This document shows, one piece after another, positions 54,570 to 64,000 of a stretch of DNA of 64,000 nt. The position numbers and the translations under genes are program-made. Positions within the stretch are counted from its first letter, which is position 1. The number at the start of each line of letters is the position of its first letter. The stretch lies in assembly GCF_964204645.1 (NCBI RefSeq), contig NC_134026.1, positions 8,455,950 to 8,519,949 of the forward strand, in the 5' to 3' direction. A model generated the notes under the pieces. The model saw nothing but the letters and a program-made list of their open reading frames with translations, was not told where the DNA came from and did not search any database. The stretch is from Tubulanus polymorphus (taxonomy: Eukaryota > Animalia > Nemertea).

Positions 54570-54942
54570 TTTCGTTTTTCATCCCCAAAGTAAAGGACAC
54601 ATCATTTTAAAAGGCTCCGTCAATTCCGAAAAAAAACAAGAAAGGCACTTTTGGTCGTTTTTATTAATCCCAAAAGTAGAAAAGGGCACATTTTTTTACA
54701 AGACGAGGATGAATATCCACAAGGCATATTCAGTCTTCCATCAATTCCGAGAAAACAGGAAAAAAGAGCATTTAAGTCGTTTCTATTAAACCTAAAAGTA
54801 GAAAAGGGCACATCTTTACAAGACATGGCAGAATATCAAAACTGGCACATTCAGTTTTCCATCAATTCCGAGAAAACAAGATAGGACAGTCTCTATCAAC
54901 CCCAAAAAGTAGAAAAGGGCACATTTTTTACAAGACGAGGCT
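54570..54942. repeat. Tandem ~110-125-bp repeat, 3+ copies, probably internal to a DNA-transposon remnant
   Basis: aaaagtagaaaagggcacat.ttt..acaagac recurs at about 54672, 54795 and 54905, and caattccga.aaaa recurs at 54621, 54742 and 54863. Confidence 0.85.
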
Positions 54943-56129
54943 TTTAAGCAAAAATGCACATTCAGCCATTCTTCAGGATTTCATCCTATTGCCTGGAACC
55001 TACGCTTCAATGCAGTAAATCGCCTGGAAAGCACTTCGTTTCAGAACTTCATTTATCGCTTGGAAATTGCATCAAAAGCAGTTCATTTTCAAAATCTTCC
55101 GGGAGGACTCCAAGCCCCCGATCGTTTTTCGTGGATTATGCCCTTTTTTATATAAGTTGTGCTACTGTCGCGGGATCCGCCCCCACCCTGGTTACCCTCA
55201 CAAAAATTGGATGCGACTATAGACCTTATCGAAGTCTGAATTTGTATAGATGAGCATTAGCAACCATCAGCAAGGGCAAAAATTGACGCCATCCAAATTC
55301 TTGTCCGATCTCGCAAGGCTTTGAACTCTACTGACCAACCATAGTTAAAATCTAGAAAGCTAGGCCAACATCAATCGGCTCGGCACATTAGCCACCGACT
55401 AACAGTACTCTCAAGTAACCTCCCACAGTAGAACGATGACCCCCGCAGTTTTCGATGAACTGTAAACAGTCAATTCTTATCGGAATACATAGAAAAAAAC
55501 GGGATTTCCTTTTTCCATTTTTCAATCCACAAAAATGCGAGGAAGCGGTATTCTGGTTAGACGTGTATTCGCCATCAGCGGGAAAAAGAAATACCACACC
55601 TTAACCTATTATGGCCTGTCTAAAAATCCGCACGCGCTACACAAACAGTAATCGGAAAATCTAACTTCAATTTCCTTTTATTATCGAAGGTTACACAGAA
55701 ACTGAGGAAGCAAGCGATGATGTTTTTTCCCAAGGCTGAAATTTATATTTGCTATTTTCGTCGAGATTCTAGCTTACGAATCAATACTCGCGCACTCTAT
55801 ATCAGGTAATAACATCCAGAAAGAAAATTGCATACAATATAGGCTTGTAACTGTTGTATTTTTCATGGTTGCCTCTACGGTTTTCAACAAGACGTACTCG
55901 CGGCTGTGCTAGTCGGTTTATGCACTGGGGTGCGTCTCCGTATCGCTGAATCCTCGAGACGTATAAACCCGTGTAAAAATGCCCTGAATAACCAGAAGGC
56001 TATAAGGGCAACCTTTGTTTAAGAATCAATGGAAAACGATGGTAAATAGCTGTGGTAAATCTTAGATTGTTCTATTTGTGATTACCTGGTTTTTGGTTGT
56101 TTACGTCCCAGGTTTACGATAGACCAGAC

Positions 56130-56450
56130 CCGCGATCACACGGAGACGATTTGGCCCGGGTCAAATTGGCACGGATCAGGCCCGAGTCAAATTTGGCCCG
56201 TGTCTCATTAGAGAGCGCGTTCGCACGCGAACCATTCACTCGATACTAAACAATGCTTGAGCAAAGTGAAGTGACTAACTACCGGAACCAGTTGCAATTC
56301 AAACGCGATGATTTGACCCGTGCTAAAATCTGGCTCGGGCTTGGACATACGTTTTTGGCCTGGGCCAAATAGGAACGGGCCTGAATTTGGCACCCGCGTG
56401 AACAGATTTCCCAGGACATATTCGGCTTAAAACGCTCGCCTGAGTCATGA
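56130..56450. mobile_element. MITE, same Harbinger-like family
   Basis: Starts ccgcgatcacacggagacgatttggcccgg and is colinear with 24993-25254. Fragments also occur at about 34220-34305, 6165-6215, 38880-38925 and 39230-39280. Confidence 0.7.
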
Positions 56451-59400
56451 CTCCTGTGAGATCGAATGAATATGGGAACATCGGCTCTCAGAACAACGAG
56501 AACACAAAGGATAAGGCTTCTCGGGACGGACCGAAATTGGACAACCCAAACCATATAGGCTTCCCGTGAAACGATACTTAGTCGGGGCATTTATTTGGGC
56601 TTATATTCATTTATCTCGTATATTCTGATCGGGACAGCTCCGTAGTAGTATATGTTGTGAGGTACTTGTCTTGTTGGAGAATGTCAACTGACAAAACTCG
56701 CAAATGATGATAGATCACTCGTTGTGCATCACTCCAGCTAAGGGTTGCCATGGAAAAACATATCTTGGCAATAAATCATATAAGAAACAATAAAACATGA
56801 CATTTGACCAATTAGACTTAGCAGGAGCGAATTTTGTGCCACTTCGCCAGCCACTTTGTCACCTGGAGCGATAACCCTACGCGTGAATTGCCATTCACTT
56901 TCTCAGAGATTTAACCCTTTACTGCGACTGACCAAAAAAACTGTCGAATCAAAACAATAGCTTATACCTGAACGCTAAACGCCATCTTAGTCGGATCCAT
57001 TTTTGACTGTAAAAACCGTTACAATAATGTCTTCATGTTGATACCTACGTCACTACGTCATCAATATTGGCGTTACGTTGTAAAATAACAATTACAATTG
57101 AGAAATTCAGCGTTATTTTCACAATTATAGATACATTATATGACTTTTATTTTCCATTCGGTAAATTTTGGTAGTTTTGATAATGAGTTTTGAGTGGATG
57201 CGCCATACGTTATAAATATTGGGGGCTAACCCGGTTAGACTGGTTGCTGGTGATGTCATTACATTTATCGTTTTTTCTTGTTACATATATTTATTGCTTG
57301 TTTGGCTATTCAGTATTAAGTCTATTCGGTATCTAGTACCGTATTCGAGTTCAGCCCTCCGAGAAATCAATTCGAAATCTCCGACTTTAAATCCGAGGGT
57401 TTAAAGCGATAAACGCGCATTTTTGCAAAATCTATTACTCCGAACCGACGTTCGTGCACGCCTGCTTATCACCAAGAATTGAAAATCTTGAACGTGCCCA
57501 TCCGCGGGTATGTTCATCTATGCTATAGGGGGATATCACTGAGTTTCTTTTATTGGGAGGTGAGAGATAATATGACTATCAGAATAGAAAAGAGCGTTTG
57601 GGAATTTTGCTGGACCTGTCACAAAAAAACAGGGGCGGATTTAGGGGTGGTCTGGAGGGTCCGGACCCTTGCCTTCCCATTGAGGTGACCCTTTCCACCA
57701 AGACAAAGATCATTAAAACCTATAAATTCGCATAATTTGCGGTTGTAATCCTAGAAAATATGTAACACCGAAGGTGGGGCCCTGCTAATAGCCTATGAAG
57801 CCCTGCTTTATCGGAAAATTCCTTAGTCTTCGCTTTCTGCCTTCAAATTTTCCGCACGAGTATGGATGGATATTTGAAGTCTCAAAGTGCAGAAAACCCC
57901 GATGCAAGTATAACGTATATTTCTATCACTAAACCCGTCATATTAGCGAACTCTAAGTCGGGCTTATATCACCGAATAACAATCTCATCGCTGACGTCAA
58001 AACGAGCTTGTTGAAAATCCAACGTTGCAAATCCGGGGGTATTTCAAGAGATTTTCGGAGCAATATCTGATGAAATGCGCACGCTAAAGATTATTAAGTA
58101 AACAAGCCAGATTCATTAGGAAACTTTTTCGCCGACGAGCTGATCAATATTCCATCCGAATTCATCCCGTTCATGACTGCGCAGAAAGGAAGTTGCCGTT
58201 GCAATATTAATCTCGACGAAGTACGCCGGCTCGTTCGGTAATCTTTCAAATCAAATAAGCCGCATGCGGGGGATAAATTTGATAGATGACGGGGGCCCAG
58301 CAGCGGCAGCGATACGACCGTAAGAGACGAGGAAGAAATCTACAACCGGACTCGCTCTGCTATACGTAATGGATGATAGTCGCGGTTGTAAAGATAATCC
58401 AATACAATTAGACAAACTATGATGAATGAATTGAGTAGGCAGTACGATCGCGTGAATAGCCCGGCTGATTTTCTTTCCGTCTTGCCCATATCGTCGGTAT
58501 AATCCCTTGTTTCTTGTGTCTTTAGAATACGACGTAAAGTCTTCGCCACCCGTCGAAAAAAAAAACAATGCGCTCAGTGCAATATTACGCTTTGTGTATT
58601 AGTATTAAACGATGAGAGATGTAATGAAGACACCGCGAATCTCATTCGAATGTTAGCGAGAATAAAGAAGCTATAACCACAAGTAGAATCATGTTGATTC
58701 ATCTCTCCAGGAAATCAAAAAATTAAAGACCATTTTAACAACTTTACTCTGGATATTTAAGCTTATCCAAGGGGGAGAGAGACCAAGGAGACTAGCCCCC
58801 CCCCCCCCTATATTTTTGGTGGCCCTAAAATTTAAAAAAAATTTCTTTTCATTTTTGAAGCAATATGAAATATTCCTTCATGACAGCCATTAAGTATTCT
58901 TGGAAAACACGAAAATTTCAAAATTTTCTGGTGGTGGGGCCCCCAGACCCCCTGCCTGGTGGTTTAGGTGGCTTCGCGCCATTGGTGCTCGCCATCTATA
59001 ACTCCTATTTCGGGATTGCTTTTGTGCCGTTCAGTACCCATGGTTCCCCACCTTTCAAAAAATCCTGCCTATACCCTTGTATTAGGTAGAAACTGGCAAC
59101 GGTCATAAGTGACGTCTTGATCACCACAAACATAACAACGTGCCTTTCGCAATTTGCAACAGTTTAGATACATATTTTGTGGTATGCCGATCCTAACTAG
59201 CGAAACGATTTTTCAACGATCCTGAAAATTCAAATTTTCTCAAACGCCATCGTAAAGATCGAAAACGTTTTGTTTGTATATGTATCTTGACTTGAAAATC
59301 ACAAGGCACTTGCGCTTGAGGCGTAAAGCAATACATATAAAGAATTAACATGGTTAAAAAGACTTAAACGATGAATTGCTTCGGAGGGCTAAAAGCTTTG

Positions 59401-59632
59401 TTGAATGAATACTTTCTCGTTAACGAAAATATTTTCGACCGACTGCGCGGCAATTACAGCAGAATGCTCGGGTAAACCCGTAGACCCATTCACGCGGAAT
59501 GAAGCTATACGTATAACCATATTTCAAACGGCACGACCAACACAAGATAGATAGATTATAATTGAATTCAATTCAAATGGAACAAGAAAAACCGCACGTC
59601 GCAACTAATGAGACACGGATTTGATATATGGA

Positions 59633-59676
59633 TTCTTGACTGCGACGTATAGATTATCTAACGTCGCAGTCAAGAA
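59633..59676. repeat. Near-perfect 44-bp palindrome
   Basis: TTCTTGACTGCGACGT / ACGTCGCAGTCAAGAA (16-bp perfect arms) enclosing a further TAGAT / ATCTA pair. Confidence 0.9.
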
Positions 59677-62500
59677 AGAGATACCAAAATTAAATGGCGT
59701 CTTCTCTGCGCATAAGAACACGCGCGCTTCAATACGCGTATTGTCGATATAGGCTGTTCGATGATGCGCCATTGAACATCGTTAGAGATCCGTCGAAATT
59801 ACCATAAATTCAACATTAAGGAAGATAAACACACGTTTTCGGCGAACGTATTCACGGGCTCTATATATTACGACTGAACGAATAATGCAGATTTCGCCTG
59901 AAATATCTGACGCGAGTTAACTTCATTACAGAATTGAAGAAGATAACGCCGCGTGTGCTACGGAGATGGATGCGATGAACTTTTATATAGTTTAGAAAAA
60001 TCTCAAACGGTCGTGAGCGGCGTCATTCAGCCGTGTGTTTTGATATGAATAAATGACATTGTCAATAATATCAGCGAAATACTTTCTAGCGCCTATCGCG
60101 CGAAATTCCATATATCGACGTCCGGAAATTCTGACATCGTTTCCGCAGTTGTCGGTTCAATTTGCTTTTTTTTGCATTGATTCAATTCCGGAGTCAAAGT
60201 TTAGTTTGCTGCGCGCATCCGACTCGACTGCTGGGAGTTTCAGAGAGTTTCTAAAACCGTTCACAAAATGTTCCCTCGACTCGCAAAATGATTTTTGGTT
60301 TTTGATCATAAAATAGGGATTGACCATCTATTTCATCGACCATCTATTTTCGTTTGACTTGTTTTTTCTTTTATTTAGTGTCAAACCCACCACACCTGCC
60401 GGCAGGGTTTGATTTTGGTTTTACCAATGCGATCGACGATCAAAATGTATCTTTTTTCTAATTTTGGTATAGAATCAGGACCAGAATAAGATCTTTGCCA
60501 GAGTTGAGACTTAGGGTAAAAAGGGACTTAAATCGTACGAACTTTTTTATTTCATTAGATTGGTTTTAAAAACAAATCTCAGGTTTCAGGCCCTGCGGGA
60601 ACCTCTAGTTTAAGCTGTAACTGCTGAGCTTCATTTTTTCGTTATATGTATCGTTAAATTGTTGTAATGTAAAAAATTTTAAAGTTTGTAAATTACACAT
60701 CTCGACCCGCGGAAAGGGTGTATCAGTATAATAAAGAGTTTATTGGATTGGATTGGATTGGATTGGATATTTTGATCAAAGGTATGCTGAGGAAAATAAT
60801 CGAGAACACTCAAAGCAATCATACTATGGATATCATTTTCATACAACCAGGCTTTCATTTTAGCTAAATAAAATCTAAAGTATCCTATATAAAACCGATT
60901 AGTGTCACAGCAGCCCCTCGAGCCATAACTATATACAAAATCGAAAAACAAACAAAAAATTCGAGGCGTGTAAATTTAACGCCCATGTAGAGCAAGTACG
61001 GGCACGAGAAAGCTCGAAGAATTTTGATAAGTATACACCGCGCACTATACATTCCCTTTGGGGCGTTCTAAATCTCCTTGCAGGTAAGAATTCCGATTGA
61101 ATTAACGATCCTGCCCTACAGGTCCGCTTGTTTCTTTCGTGTCGGCCATTAAAACATGAATGCGACCTGACACCGCTATTATGCGAAATAGCTTTTTTTT
61201 CAGCCGAATATAATATAAAGGTAAATTCGCGACACACACACGCACACACACACAAACATGCCCAGTTTTAATCAAACTCGTGCATGCATTTTTCAGGATA
61301 CATTCAAAAACTCCCCTAATAACGCAGGTCGTTATTTATTGGAAATAAATGGCTGCTAATATGGCGCGAAACAGATAACAGGGTGGCAATTATAGCTAAC
61401 ACCGTTTACCAATTAATTCCGAACCCGGCAAAAAAATTAGATTTATATTCACGCCGTTAGTTACCGCGCAACTACCGTAGGTTCTGCTAGATATTCCCCG
61501 TATACATATATGTATATAAATATAAATACGCATTTTCACCGTATAGCCGGAATGAAAAGATTTCTGGGGGATAGCAATTATCTTAGCCGAACAGGCCCGG
61601 CGCGGTTGATTGATTTTTCCGGCGCGAAGTAAGCCGTTATGCCTCGAATGAAAAAAAGCAATAGGACAGATCCCGCGTTCGTTAGCGGCTGAGCCAACGT
61701 TTCATAATTGCGTTCATAATAGGAGATTATTCGACTAATGCCGAGTAATGCAGATTCATTTACTTACCGCGTTCGTTTTAATACGACCAGGCGCTGGAAT
61801 GCGCTGATTAATTTCGGGCCCAGGCTACTAATCAAACTAGAAAAGTGCCCGTTTAGTCGTTTCGTGCACGGCGACGCAAGACGTCTATTGTGCGGCAATT
61901 TGCGACAGATTACGGACGGTCGTGTTCGTTAATTTATGAAAATGTTTTCAAAGAATACGCGGGGCGTGTAAACCTCGGCGAAATCACGGCAATTAACTGA
62001 TGGAACGCGGTCGCGATGGAATATTGTGAAGCGCACTCGAAAAAAAGTGAATTGATCACGAGAAAAAAGTTTGCGCAAATGTAATTAGTTTTTCCTGTAA
62101 TAAGCGGAAAGTGGAGGTCACATACTCATACGACGGATGTGTGGCTATATGAATGGAACCTTTCTGAACATTGCTCTCTACATGTTTCCCCGCGGGGTAC
62201 GGCAGTCGAGGCTGCGAGCTCAATTTAAAAAACGGCTTATGCTAGATTGAAAGCTTACGGCTAACTTTTTCGGTATTATTACCGCGTTTTCCAAATTCAC
62301 AGCATGTTTCAACGAATCCGAAAAACATTTTGCATTTCATTTCATTAACGATGCTCCGACTGCGATAAGGGAGAGTATGACTTACGACAAAAGTATTCGT
62401 CGAAGTTAGAATAAACGAAGTTGTATTCGAATATAGTGTCAATGCGAAAAATGGACCAGGCTTGAGTTCGTACAAAAAGCATCCACATTATTCTAAGCGA

Positions 62501-62808
62501 CATCCTCCCCGGCAGGGATTCGAACCGGTTAGCATCGAGACTCACCATGGTACGAAGCCCTGCCACACTAGCCCGAGTGCGCAGCTACATGCGCAGCTTA
62601 GGTGATGTCTTTGTCAGCCAATCAGAGATCCCGTTTTTCTTAAGCCCGGGTTTCATTTAAGGTTTTTCCAGCGATTACACGTCGAACAATCTGATTGGTG
62701 CCGCAAGTTTTTGCACGGCAGACCTGCGCTTGTATCTGCGCACCCGGTCCACTGTGGCAGGGTTTCGTGTCGTATGCCATCAGGTTCGAATCCCTACCGC
62801 GGAGGATG
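62501..62808. repeat. Second divergent inverted pair of the same B-box repeat
   Basis: CATCCTCC...GGAGGATG ends, B-boxes at 62515-62526 (minus) and 62783-62794 (plus), inner CCAAT motifs in both arms. Confidence 0.7.
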
Positions 62809-64000
62809 TATCTACCAGAGAGCCAGGTTCTGTAAAGTTATATATATAAATGAAACGAATACTGAGAAATCTCTCAAATGTCGGTTACGAAGTCAGATGA
62901 ATGATCTGAAGCATTCCAAACACTTTCCTCTCTTCGGCAACGTACCCGAATGAATACTCAAATGTATCACTCATCTTAATGAGGCAATTATCAGATTATC
63001 AGATTTAAAGACACATCCACGACGGTCTTCTATATACGCAGAAGAGTTGCCAGAGTACAACAATCTTGACACCGATTTCAAGAGCCCGTTTATATCTGCA
63101 ATGAAACGCTACAGGAAACATGAAATTTATAGCATATATAGAAAAAAAATATATCGAAAAACATTATGAATAAGCAGGACCCGTTTCCACACTTCTGGAT
63201 TGGGTTTAACTCATTTGAGTTGAAAATGAGCTGGTCTCAACTCAGAGTTTAACTCACAACACTAAAACTGAGTCGAGACGTTTAAAGTTTGGTTTGCGTC
63301 TACTTAAAGCCAATCAGAAGAATAGACAAAACCAAAGACTGTTATAGTCTTTATGAATTTTTGAAAAACACATACCTAGAAATGATCTTTTAACTTATAT
63401 GAAAAGGGGCACCTTCCCCCCCCAAAGAAAACAAGTCTGAGTAAACCTGAATAAATGATTTGAAAATGGATTCCTTTTCATTAAAAAAAAAAAGAAAAAC
63501 ATGAAAATTGTCTCCAAATTTCGAAATCCGATTTTTGAAGGGCACTTTCTAGGGGAACATTTTTAGGGGTTCGTTCGATACGTCCGATGACCCAACGTGA
63601 CCTTCCTTTTTCGAAAAGGAAGAAACCGGCATAAAATCCCAAGTTCGCTATACGCGATCAGCAAGATGAATTGCCGATCCGATTACGAGTAATTGGGGAC
63701 TAAATTCACAGTCACGACGATAGGGACTAACCGCGGGAGTCACTACCACCACCGCCGCCACATTGACGTCAATTGTGCAAGCGACTGAGAATCGTTCACT
63801 CTTCTCAAACAAACGGCAACCACTTTCATCAGATTGGCCTCGTTAGTTCATTGCTTGCTTAACACATGTAAAATGACAGGCCGTGCAAACATTTCTCATT
63901 AGGCAACGGCGACGAAATCACATCCTTACCAAACAGAATTTTCTTGATGGAATTCGCAAATGTGACAAATGTCGAGTCGGCGCGGGCTAATGCACAATTG

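Noticed and set aside
59475-59490. AACCCGTAGACCC resembling the 5' end of miR-100/miR-99
   Set aside because: The match ends after about 10 nt and there is no precursor hairpin with a star arm.

Overview
Eukaryotic (invertebrate animal-like) genomic DNA, AT-rich with abundant CpG and almost entirely non-coding. The only protein-coding gene I can support is a Musashi-family (MSI1/MSI2-like) RRM gene on the minus strand. Six GT-AG coding exons (59, 41, 82, 91, 42 and 93 nt, at 49219 down to 23466) splice in frame into 136 aa: RRM1 plus the start of RRM2. Intron 5 is about 23.5 kb, and the canonical exon 7 is not recognisable inside the window. The rest is intronic or upstream sequence carrying MITEs (piggyBac-like and Harbinger-like), B-box-containing inverted pairs, mini- and microsatellites, and a Penelope-like remnant with a hammerhead ribozyme motif. 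The most interesting signal is a candidate Musashi autoregulatory circuit. Two very dense clusters of the Musashi core motif UAG lie on the gene's sense strand: one in the presumed 5' leader, and one directly downstream of an unannotated stop-containing cassette exon in intron 5. All patterns were read by eye. No searches were run, and repeat boundaries are approximate.
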